From a virus (taxonomy: Duplodnaviria; Caudoviricetes): a stretch of DNA of 54,579 nucleotides. Of this stretch, positions 36,223-44,909 are shown piece by piece; within the stretch, counting starts at the first letter, position 1; each line of letters begins with the position of its first letter. The stretch covers positions 1 to 54,579 of IMG/VR virus record IMGVR_UViG_3300044801_000147; one strand, given 5' to 3'. The notes under the pieces are model-generated. The model had not been told where the DNA came from, made no database searches, and saw only the letters and a program-made list of their open reading frames with translations. Made by a program: the position numbers and the translations under genes.

Positions 36223-37477
36223 TGAGCCGCTAGCCCCTGCCTTTAGGCATGGGGTATAGGCGAACGAACCGCTTTTAGAAAGGAGGAGCAATGCTGACCT
36301 ACAAATATAAACTCGAACCCAACAGGAAACAAAAGCAGTTGCTCCTTCAGCAGTTGGATTTGTGTCGGGGTCTATATAACCTACTGCTCGAACAGAGGCA
36401 GTACCAACGTATCGGACAGTTTGAGCAGATGCGGCAACTCACAGAACTCAAGCAGGCGTTCCCCGAGTACAAGAACTGCCATGCTCACATGTTGCAGAAC
36501 GTGGTCAAGCGATTGGATAGGGCCTTTCAGGGATTCTTTAGACGTATCAAGGCTGGAGTCAAAGCAGGCTATCCGAGGTTCAAAAACAGGGACAGATTTA
36601 ACAGCCTGTTGTTTTCAGATGGTTGCAAGTTAGAAGGCAAGAAGTTGTCAGTTTCAAAAGTTGGCAACATCAAGGTACGGTTGAGCCGCAAACTACCCGC
36701 TGATGCTGTAGTAAAAACTTGTTCCATCAAGCGAACGGTTAGCGGATGGTTTGCTATGCTCACGTTTGAGAGCCTTCCTGTATTTCTGCCGAAGTCTAGC
36801 AAGAAAATTGGCGTGGATGTTGGCATCACACAGTTTGCAGCATTGTCGAACGGGAAGTTTGTGCCTAACCCAAGGTTCTATCAGAACGCCCAAGCCGAAC
36901 TACGTAGAGCACAACGAAAGGTTGCACGCAGAACCAGCAAGAAGTCCAATCGCCGTCATAAAGCAGTTGTCCTGTTGCAGAAAGTTCATGCACAGATTGC
37001 GAATCGAAGGATGGATTTCCTGCACAAAGAAAGCACCAAGTTGGTTCGCAAGTACGGAACTATTATTGTCGAAGCATTGAACGTTGCTGGGATGTCAAGA
37101 GGCAGATTAGCAAAGCAGATTTTAGATTGCAGTTGGTCGGAGTTCTTCAGAATGGTGTCCTACAAAGCCGAAAATGCTGGCAGGATAAAACCAGAAGAAC
37201 CCGCTCCGTACACAAGTCAGAAGTGCCCCGAGTGTGGCTTTGTCCATCGCGATAACAGGAAAACACAAGCAGAGTTTGAGTGCCTTTCCTGTGGTCATAA
37301 AGATAATGCTGACACGAACGGAGCACGCAACATTTTAGCAAACTACTTGGCTCGGATAGCGCCATCATCCGTTAACGTAAGAGAGGTAATGCTATGCGTA
37401 GGGTGAGAAGTGTCTCGAACACAGTGGACGCCGTGAGGCGTCTAGAATCCCCCGCCTTTAGGCGTGGGGAGTATCAA
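36223..37477 (+). mobile_element. IS200/IS605-family (IS1341-like) element 3
   Basis: Left-end hairpin CCCCTGCC-TTTA-GGCATGGGG. Right-end hairpin CCCCCGCC-TTTA-GGCGTGGGG followed by AGTATCAA. Confidence 0.85.
36291..37406 (+). CDS. tnpB: TnpB RNA-guided nuclease, intact D-E-D
   Basis: TYKYKLEPN, GYPRFK, IGVDVG, IIVEAL, YTSQKCPECG, CLSCG, NADTNGARN. AGGAGGA RBS. Confidence 0.95.
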   Translation: MLTYKYKLEPNRKQKQLLLQQLDLCRGLYNLLLEQRQYQRIGQFEQMRQLTELKQAFPEYKNCHAHMLQNVVKRLDRAFQGFFRRIKAGVKAGYPRFKNRDRFNSLLFSDGCKLEGKKLSVSKVGNIKVRLSRKLPADAVVKTCSIKRTVSGWFAMLTFESLPVFLPKSSKKIGVDVGITQFAALSNGKFVPNPRFYQNAQAELRRAQRKVARRTSKKSNRRHKAVVLLQKVHAQIANRRMDFLHKESTKLVRKYGTIIVEALNVAGMSRGRLAKQILDCSWSEFFRMVSYKAENAGRIKPEEPAPYTSQKCPECGFVHRDNRKTQAEFECLSCGHKDNADTNGARNILANYLARIAPSSVNVREVMLCVG

Positions 37478-37626
37478 CTCATGGCCAATGGTCAGCATGC
37501 CGGGATCGTCAATCTTACAGGCAAACTCCGCAGGGAAGGTTATCCGGCGGGGTCTCAGACCTTGCGCCACAACCACCAGTGGAAGAAGGAAATTCTCCGC
37601 CGCCATGAGCAGGGGCGAAAGACCGT

Positions 37627-38298
37627 ATGAACAATTACCGATACGGGTACACGGGACCGCCGTTCAACTTCCTCGGCCACCTCTGCCGGACGCAGTGGAC
37701 GGCGTTCCAGGCCTACGTCAACTCGGTAACTCCTAACCTCCCGGCGATCCAGCAGCACTACCAGATTCGCGCCGCGCAGCTCCGCAAGACGGCGGGCGTG
37801 CTGGAGAAGTTCTACGCCACGGCGAACACCCCCGCCCTTGCGCCGACGTTCCAGAAGATCGTCTGGAAGCCCGGCACGCAGGGGCACTTCTCCTACCCGT
37901 TCCGCCAGGACCACCTGCCCATGGTCGCGATGTCCAAGATCAAGGCCTTCCTCAAGGAGCAGTTCCAGAGGATGGACGAGGGCGTGTTCTCCATGAACCA
38001 GCTCCGCAATCTCATTGAAAAGACTGAGGATAAGGCCGAGAACGCCAACATAGCCGCCACGGACCCGACCCGCGACATCACCGCCCTCATCTCCGAGATC
38101 AACGGTTACTTTGGCCTTCCGGAATACGAAGCCGTCCTGGTAGACGACACCGGGAACGTGTACCCCTCGGGCACCACGCAGCCGAGGTTCCGCGTGCACC
38201 AGCTGGACCAGCCGACTCCCTGGGAGATTGAACAGACCAGCTACGCCGCGCCGGGTACAGCGTCGACGATTGATACTTCGGAGGTTGCACCGCAGTGA
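37627..38298 (+). CDS. Hypothetical protein in the baseplate module
   Basis: High GC3. ATGA overlap with the upstream ORF. Confidence 0.8.
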   Translation: MNNYRYGYTGPPFNFLGHLCRTQWTAFQAYVNSVTPNLPAIQQHYQIRAAQLRKTAGVLEKFYATANTPALAPTFQKIVWKPGTQGHFSYPFRQDHLPMVAMSKIKAFLKEQFQRMDEGVFSMNQLRNLIEKTEDKAENANIAATDPTRDITALISEINGYFGLPEYEAVLVDDTGNVYPSGTTQPRFRVHQLDQPTPWEIEQTSYAAPGTASTIDTSEVAPQ

Positions 38299-38480
38299 AA
38301 AAGGGACAAACAGACATTTCGGGGCGGCGATTCGGAAACCTTACAGCGTTACACGTCGTTAGACGAGACCCTGTACTTGGAGCTTTGTGGGAGTGCGTTT
38401 GTTCGTGCGGAAAAGTGTTGCCGCAACCAGTTCGCAAAATGCATCAAAACCAACTCACAAGGGGACGTCGTGTCTTTTGA
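38295..38480 (+). pseudogene. Truncated homing endonuclease relic
   Basis: DISGRRFGNL..WECVCSCGK, then loss of similarity. AT-rich. Confidence 0.65.
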
Positions 38481-39261
38481 CTACAACGTGCTGACGATCG
38501 ACCCGATGACGCAGCTCCCGATCGGGGCGTGCGACCACCAGCAGAGTTTTGAACGCTATGTCGTGAACCAGGACGACTTCCGCACGCTCAACTACGCGGG
38601 CGACCCGTCCATCAACATGCGTGCGCCGATCAACGGGGCCAGCCACGTCCAGATGTGGATACACGGCCAGCAGGTCTACAGCGACGACCCGACGTACGGC
38701 TGGACCGTGGTGCAGGACCCGAACCGCGTGGACCTGACGACCCAGGACACGTTCTTCAAGATCGTGTTCAACAGGCCCGTGAGGATCGTGCTCCCCCTCA
38801 TCGAGGTGTCCTACATCACCCGCCAGGACTACTGCCTCAAGTGCAGCGCCACGGGCTCCCTCAACGACTTCAAGGTCGCGGCCTCGGGGGACTTCCTCAA
38901 GGTCACCCGGGGCAACAAGCTGGCGCAGAAGCTCCTCAAGTGGGTGCTCTGCTCCCAGTGCCCCTTCTACCCGTCCTTCACGTGCGCCATTAAGAGCTAC
39001 ATCGGGAAGAAGCTCGGTATTCAGATTACAGACACCGACATCCAGACGGAGGTCGTCAATTCCCTCAGCACCATGCAGCAGGTCCAGAACGCGCAGGGGA
39101 CGGCCCAGACGCTGCAGCCGCAGGAGATACTCAAGGACATCGTGAGCGTGACCGCAGCCACCGACCCGAGCAACCCGACCGCCGTCAAGGTCGCCGCAGT
39201 CGTGTCCAACTACAGCGGGCAGACGGTGCCCACGGGCTTCACGATCAGGATGAACTCATGA
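38470..39261 (+). CDS. Baseplate wedge protein, GPW/gp25-like C-terminus
   Basis: GTG start after GGGGA. CLKC..NDF, KLAQKLLK..L..PFYP..IG.K, DPSNPTAVKV. Directly upstream of baseplate J. Confidence 0.7.
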   Translation: MSFDYNVLTIDPMTQLPIGACDHQQSFERYVVNQDDFRTLNYAGDPSINMRAPINGASHVQMWIHGQQVYSDDPTYGWTVVQDPNRVDLTTQDTFFKIVFNRPVRIVLPLIEVSYITRQDYCLKCSATGSLNDFKVAASGDFLKVTRGNKLAQKLLKWVLCSQCPFYPSFTCAIKSYIGKKLGIQITDTDIQTEVVNSLSTMQQVQNAQGTAQTLQPQEILKDIVSVTAATDPSNPTAVKVAAVVSNYSGQTVPTGFTIRMNS

Positions 39262-39307
39262 AAAAGTGCCCAAAATGTGGTGAGACAGACTTAGAGGCAA
39301 CGCAATA

Positions 39308-42300
39308 ATGGCCACCCCAACGACGACACTATCGGCCCTCCAGCTGGTCACCCCGATGCTGCCGAACAACACGAACACGCTGTCCACGGACTCGTCCGTG
39401 CTGCCCATCGTCGTCAACGCTGACGACGACACGATCCGCGTGGAGGTCGGCGTCTACAACACCGTGTACGCCACGGACTCCTACATCGTGGTGGGCACCG
39501 CCGCGACGGGCCTCAAGAACCAGTTCTCCTTCAGCATTCCCCTGACCCTGACCGTCCAGGAGACGAACGTCCAGATCGTGGGGCGCAACTACGACCCGAC
39601 CAACTTCCCCAACGGGTGGGCGGCGAACACCGCCGTCCCGCCTGGCTTCACGTTCGCCGACCCGAACGGCAACTCCCAGTCCGTGCTCGGCGTCCTGTCC
39701 GGCAACCCCCTGGCGTTCTCCGCGACCGGCGGGATCACGGGCGCTACCCAGCCCACGTGGGCCACGCAGGCCCCCGCGAACATCACGAACGTCTCCCTGA
39801 CCGCCAACGTCCTGACCGTCACCGCCGCCAACACGTTCGCGGTGGGGAAGGTGGCGTGGCTGACGGGGCTCACTAACGCCACGTTCCTGAACGGCACGCT
39901 CGTGACCGTGACGGGCCTGATCGGCCCTGGGCCGACCTACAGCGGGTTCACCGCAGCCGTGATCCGCAACACCAACTACGCGTCGGCCGCCGACACGGGC
40001 GAGGCGCAGGCAGCCACCGTGGAGATCGCCGGGGCGCTCGGCTCCGTGGTGTGGGCCAACGTCGGCGCGGTGGCGATCACGCCGACCGTCAAGTTCGCCC
40101 TGCTCGCCTACCAGAGCAACCTGGCCCTGGCCATCGCGCCGCCCTCCGGCATCTCGGCGGCGAAGAACCAGACGGACTGCCTCGTCCAGTGGGTCACCCC
40201 CGACTACCCGGGCTTCATCGGCGTGCGCGTCATGATCTCGACCGACCCCTCAGGGGTCAACCCGCCGTACACGCAGTTCGGCGACCTCGTGTCCGCCGTC
40301 TCCAGCACGGCGCAGACGATCATCAACTCCCAGTCCAACACCGCCACGAACGTGGCGGAGGCGAACATCACCGCCGTCGCCCTGCTCAACAACCTCCTGA
40401 CGGTCGCGGCGGCGAACACGTTCACGCCGGGCACCGTGGTGGAGATCGCCAACCTGATCAACGCCACGTTCCTGAACGGCGAGACGGTCACCGTCCTGGC
40501 CTCCACGCCCGCGCAGTTCACGGCGAGCTACACCGGGGCGAACTACCCGGCCGGGTCCATGGTGCTGACCCTCGTGCCCGACTCCGGGCAGGCGACGAGC
40601 ATCGTCTCGACGACGATCACCATGAGCACGAACACCGTGATGGAGACGCAGTACAGCACCGTCGAGGTGCCGTTCTCCTCCGTCAACAGCAACATCTTCT
40701 ACGCGATGCTCTCCACGGTCATCCAGGACCCGCAGACCAACGTGATGTACGAGTCCGTGCAGAACGGCCCGCTCCAGTGCGGCTACGTCAACCTTCAGCT
40801 CGCGAACCCGACGGACTTCCCCGTCCTCCAGCGCAAGGAGGACATCGCGGCCAGGCTCATCATACAAATCCTGAAGCAGATGCCGAACCTGGACCTGTCC
40901 CCGCGCTCCGAGATACGCGACATGTTCGTGGACCCGTGGTCGATCGAGGCAGCGAACATGTCCGTCCGCGAGTGGTTCGCCAGGGTGTCCACCTCCATCT
41001 CCGCCATCTCCCAGCTGGACTGCACCACGGGCACCGGGGTCAGCAGCCCGTTCCAGTCCTCGCCCTACAAGCAGCAGATCGCCAGGGCGTACGGCCTGAG
41101 CGCGGTCAACACGCAGAACCTCATCAACGAGCAGTTCGACCTCCTCGGCGAGCAGGCCGGGCTCACGCGCCTCGGGACCACGTCGTCCACGGTCGTGCTC
41201 ACGTTCTACACCTACACGAGGCCGACCTCCAGCATCACGATCCCCGAGGGCGCGGTCGTCGCGACCTCCCCAGACGCCAACACCTCGTCCCTGAACTTCG
41301 TCACGCAGGGCCAGGGCACGATCGACTTCGCCAACCTCGCCTCCTTCTACAACTCGCAGACGGGCTGGTGGGGCGTCAGCGTTCCGGCGCAGTGCACGCA
41401 GGCCGGGTCGGTCGGCAACGTCGGCGCGGGCACCATCCGCACGTCGGTGTCCGGCGTCCCGACCGGGACCCAGGTCACCAACCTCGTCGGGGCCAACTAC
41501 GGCACGGACCAGGAGGTCAACTCCGCCTTCGCCGCCCGCATCCAGGCGCGGCTGGTCACGGGCATCGACAGCAGCTCCCGCAACGGCTACCTCGTCGCGG
41601 CGCTCAGCACGCCGGGCGTCATCGGGGCGCAGGTCGTCGGTGCAGGGGACCTTGAGATGCTGCGCGACTGGGACCCGACCAGGCAGAAGCACGTCTACGG
41701 CTGCGTGGACGTCTACGTGCGCGGCACCACCCTCTCCCAGCAGGACGAGTTCGTCCCGTTCGAGTACCCGAACAACGGCACCTACGGGGTGTACGGCACG
41801 TACAGCAGCCTGATCTTCCCAGGCACGGGCCTCGCGTTCCAGATTCAGGGCTTCAGCAACCTGGCGTACCCGCCCTACGACGGCGTGGAGCTCCTGATCA
41901 GCCGCGCCACTGGCAGCTTCTACCTCGGCCTGGACCGCGCCCAGTTCGTGGGGAACACCATCGTCGTGAACGCGAACGACCTGGCGTACCAGTACGTCGG
42001 CAGCGGAACCACCTACGCCAAGGTCCCGCTCGTGATCAGCAGCCAGAACGCGACCAACGCCGTCGCGCTCACCACCGTGTCCGGCGCACAGGCGAGTACC
42101 TACACGTTCCAGCTCTTCCTCCGCGAGGCGAGCCCGTTCATCCACCAGCCCGCGCTCCAGCCCATCCTCCAGGTCTACTCCGTCACGGGCGAGCCCGTCC
42201 CAGGAGGCACCGGGACCATCCCGTCGGCCCTGGTGGGCCTGGTGCACACCTCCGACTTCCTGCTCAACGGCGGCTCCAACGACGCGGGCGACCTCGTGGA

Positions 42301-44101
42301 GGTCGCGCTCCAGAGCGTCCCGGTCACGAGCTCCGTCATGACGGGGCCGAGCGTGTCCACCCCGGTGCTCATCGCCATGGGCATGGCCGTGCCGCTCGAC
42401 GGCAACGGCAACCCGACCAACGTCACCTCCGTGCTCAGCGCGGACCAGTCTACCCTGTACGTGTACGGCACGGACTACGCCATCGCCCCGATGGGGCCGT
42501 ACCACCAGTACGGCGTGCAGCCGCTCACGTCCTCCGTCCAGGTGTTGTCCACCTCGGTCCAGGCGAACGTCCTGACCGTGAACGCGAACAACGAGTTCGG
42601 GGTGAACGCCCACGTCACCTTCAGCGGCCTGACCGCGAGCACGTTCCTGAACGGGCAGACCGTGACCATCACCGCCGCCACGCCCACGTCCTTCCAGGCC
42701 ACCTTCATCACCGGGAACTACGCGACCACGCTCGACACGGGCTTCGCCACGGGCAGCGCGATCCAGGCCAACCAGACCTTGTCGGTGACGTACAACCAGT
42801 TCTCCCTGTACGAGCGCCTGACGTTCGTCAGCGCGGAGCAGCAGGTCCTCAGCGGCACGCTGCCGACCACGCTGGACAACGACGGCTTCGTCCACGACAC
42901 GTGGCTGCCGCAGAGCTACACCACGGGCATCCCGACGCTCGCCACGTACCCGTCCATGAACGGCTACCAGCTCATCCTCGACGGGTGGGACGGCTCCTAC
43001 GGCGCGGACGGCGGCCTGGACATCCCCGGCTCGCTGGCGTTCGACCCGTCGGGCCTCGTCGGCAACGCGGTCCCGTACGCCTCCCGCTACATCAAGGTCA
43101 CGTTCTTCAACGGCGTGCAGGCCGTGGTCATGAAGGAGAACATCGACTTCACGCTCTCCGTGGACTCGGCGTCCGGCGCGGCAACGCTCACGCGCATCCC
43201 GACCGGGCACATCCCCGACGGCGGCACCGTCAGCGTCTCGTACTTCATCACCGAGACGTTCACGTTCTCGACGCAGTACCCGACCTTCGTCCAGGTACTC
43301 GCCAACAGCCTGGCCCTCACGCAGAGCGCGGGCGCGTCCGTGGAGGTCAAGGCGATGGTCGCGAACGACGTGGACATCACCCTCGCCGTGACGCTGGACG
43401 CCAACACGTCCCCCGAGACGATCGACCCAGTCATCCGCACGGTCATCAACATCGTGCTAGACAACGCCGTCGGCACCCTGTACCAGTCCGCACTCATCCA
43501 GCAGGTCCAGTCGATCACCGGCGTGCAGAGCGTAGAGGTCCCGCTCATCCGCTGCGCGAAGAGCAACGGCTCCTACGACATCGGCGTCGTGATCCCGACC
43601 GGGACGGCCTGGATTCCGCTGAACTCCGACCCGCTGTTCGCCGCCGTGGCCGCGCCGCAGAACAGCTGGATCACCGTCGCGCAGGCGCTCCCCGACACCA
43701 CCATCCCGTCCGGGGGCGCTCCGGACGTCATCGTGGACATGCTCTACGAGGGCCAGGTCTTCGTCCGCGCCACCTCCGTCAACAACTTCCTCGCCACCGC
43801 GCTCTCCGTGCCGCACCTCGCCGTCGAGCCGTTCGTCACGGACACCTCGCCGGGCTCGTTCTACATCATCGGCCAGAGCGACAGCTTCGTGCAGGGCACC
43901 TCCACCGTCACGATCCCGAACTCGTACTCGCAGAGGATCATCGCCAACTTCCCACAGGACGTCATCAACCCCGGGACCCTTAACTATTTTTGCACTTATC
44001 AAGTATTTAATGAGGTAGGCGCAACTGATGTGACCGTGTCGCCGACCGAGTACCTCGCGCCGGGCGTGATTACTTTGACCTACATTAGCAATAATAGTTG
44101 A
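39308..44101 (+). CDS. Baseplate J-like (wedge) protein with large insertions
   Basis: DLSPRSEIRD, LLGEQAGLTR, ITIPEG, AQCTQAGSVGNVGAGTI, VTN..GTDQE.N.AFAARI. Three FLNG repeats. Confidence 0.88.
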   Translation: MATPTTTLSALQLVTPMLPNNTNTLSTDSSVLPIVVNADDDTIRVEVGVYNTVYATDSYIVVGTAATGLKNQFSFSIPLTLTVQETNVQIVGRNYDPTNFPNGWAANTAVPPGFTFADPNGNSQSVLGVLSGNPLAFSATGGITGATQPTWATQAPANITNVSLTANVLTVTAANTFAVGKVAWLTGLTNATFLNGTLVTVTGLIGPGPTYSGFTAAVIRNTNYASAADTGEAQAATVEIAGALGSVVWANVGAVAITPTVKFALLAYQSNLALAIAPPSGISAAKNQTDCLVQWVTPDYPGFIGVRVMISTDPSGVNPPYTQFGDLVSAVSSTAQTIINSQSNTATNVAEANITAVALLNNLLTVAAANTFTPGTVVEIANLINATFLNGETVTVLASTPAQFTASYTGANYPAGSMVLTLVPDSGQATSIVSTTITMSTNTVMETQYSTVEVPFSSVNSNIFYAMLSTVIQDPQTNVMYESVQNGPLQCGYVNLQLANPTDFPVLQRKEDIAARLIIQILKQMPNLDLSPRSEIRDMFVDPWSIEAANMSVREWFARVSTSISAISQLDCTTGTGVSSPFQSSPYKQQIARAYGLSAVNTQNLINEQFDLLGEQAGLTRLGTTSSTVVLTFYTYTRPTSSITIPEGAVVATSPDANTSSLNFVTQGQGTIDFANLASFYNSQTGWWGVSVPAQCTQAGSVGNVGAGTIRTSVSGVPTGTQVTNLVGANYGTDQEVNSAFAARIQARLVTGIDSSSRNGYLVAALSTPGVIGAQVVGAGDLEMLRDWDPTRQKHVYGCVDVYVRGTTLSQQDEFVPFEYPNNGTYGVYGTYSSLIFPGTGLAFQIQGFSNLAYPPYDGVELLISRATGSFYLGLDRAQFVGNTIVVNANDLAYQYVGSGTTYAKVPLVISSQNATNAVALTTVSGAQASTYTFQLFLREASPFIHQPALQPILQVYSVTGEPVPGGTGTIPSALVGLVHTSDFLLNGGSNDAGDLVEVALQSVPVTSSVMTGPSVSTPVLIAMGMAVPLDGNGNPTNVTSVLSADQSTLYVYGTDYAIAPMGPYHQYGVQPLTSSVQVLSTSVQANVLTVNANNEFGVNAHVTFSGLTASTFLNGQTVTITAATPTSFQATFITGNYATTLDTGFATGSAIQANQTLSVTYNQFSLYERLTFVSAEQQVLSGTLPTTLDNDGFVHDTWLPQSYTTGIPTLATYPSMNGYQLILDGWDGSYGADGGLDIPGSLAFDPSGLVGNAVPYASRYIKVTFFNGVQAVVMKENIDFTLSVDSASGAATLTRIPTGHIPDGGTVSVSYFITETFTFSTQYPTFVQVLANSLALTQSAGASVEVKAMVANDVDITLAVTLDANTSPETIDPVIRTVINIVLDNAVGTLYQSALIQQVQSITGVQSVEVPLIRCAKSNGSYDIGVVIPTGTAWIPLNSDPLFAAVAAPQNSWITVAQALPDTTIPSGGAPDVIVDMLYEGQVFVRATSVNNFLATALSVPHLAVEPFVTDTSPGSFYIIGQSDSFVQGTSTVTIPNSYSQRIIANFPQDVINPGTLNYFCTYQVFNEVGATDVTVSPTEYLAPGVITLTYISNNS

Positions 44102-44102
44102 T

Positions 44103-44906
44103 ATGATTGTTTACAAAGTCACAAACACGAAAAACGGGAAGGTCTACATCGGCAAATGGCGTGGGACATCTGTTTTACAGCGATGGCGACTTCAGATTGC
44201 GGAGGCTAATAGGGGTGGAACACGCTATTTTTGTAAAGCTATTCGTAAGTACGGAGCGGAGGCTTTCACTGTCGAGGTAATCTACCAAGCTAAAACTGAT
44301 AACGAATTGTCAAAGATGGAAACGTTCTTCATCATTCTGCACCAGTCTCACAAACCAGAAAACGGTTACAACCTTACATTAGGCGGAGAGGGGGTATCAG
44401 GCTATAACCATACGCCAGAATGGAAAAACGCAGCGAGTCAACGGATGAAAGGAGATAAACGCAATCTCGGTCGTAGGCAATCTGAAGCTGAGCGGGAGAT
44501 GCGCAGCGAACGTAGTTCTCGTCACATGCTGGGTAAGCACCCCTCTCAAGAGACAAAAAATAAAATTAGTGCTTCAGTTAGTGCGGCAATAATGGGCTGT
44601 AGAAATCCGTTCTTTGGTAAGCATCATTCTGAAAAAACAAAGAAACAGCTAAGCGATCAACGGAAAGAGATAGTACCTTCTTGCCAGATGCTAGGAGCTA
44701 AGTCTGTAAGTGGAACTATTTGGACGCACAATCCGAGTACACAGGACTCTAAGCGTGTAAAGAAAGCGGAAGAAACCGCATATTTGTTAGATGGTTGGTT
44801 GCTTGGTCGTGGCCCGAAAGCGAGCGAATCCGCCAAGAAGCGTGGTGTTTCTGCGGAACACATTCGTCACATGGTTGAACGTCGGCTAGCAAAAAAGGCG
44901 GGGTAA
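44103..44906 (+). CDS. GIY-YIG homing endonuclease with NUMOD3 repeats
   Basis: IVYKVTNTKNGKVYIG, GYNLTLGGEG, NPFFGKHHSEKTK. Confidence 0.92.
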   Translation: MIVYKVTNTKNGKVYIGKWRGTSVLQRWRLQIAEANRGGTRYFCKAIRKYGAEAFTVEVIYQAKTDNELSKMETFFIILHQSHKPENGYNLTLGGEGVSGYNHTPEWKNAASQRMKGDKRNLGRRQSEAEREMRSERSSRHMLGKHPSQETKNKISASVSAAIMGCRNPFFGKHHSEKTKKQLSDQRKEIVPSCQMLGAKSVSGTIWTHNPSTQDSKRVKKAEETAYLLDGWLLGRGPKASESAKKRGVSAEHIRHMVERRLAKKAG

Positions 44907-44909
44907 CCT

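Larger units (their letters stand above)
36133..37630 (+). pseudogene. Degenerate HNH gene interrupted by tnpB element 3
   Basis: Left flank reads ctc-gat-ttt-g (LDF). Right flank ..NG..KLRREGYPAGSQTLRHNHQWKK resembles the 1684 HNH (GYP..L..CWNCN). Confidence 0.5.
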
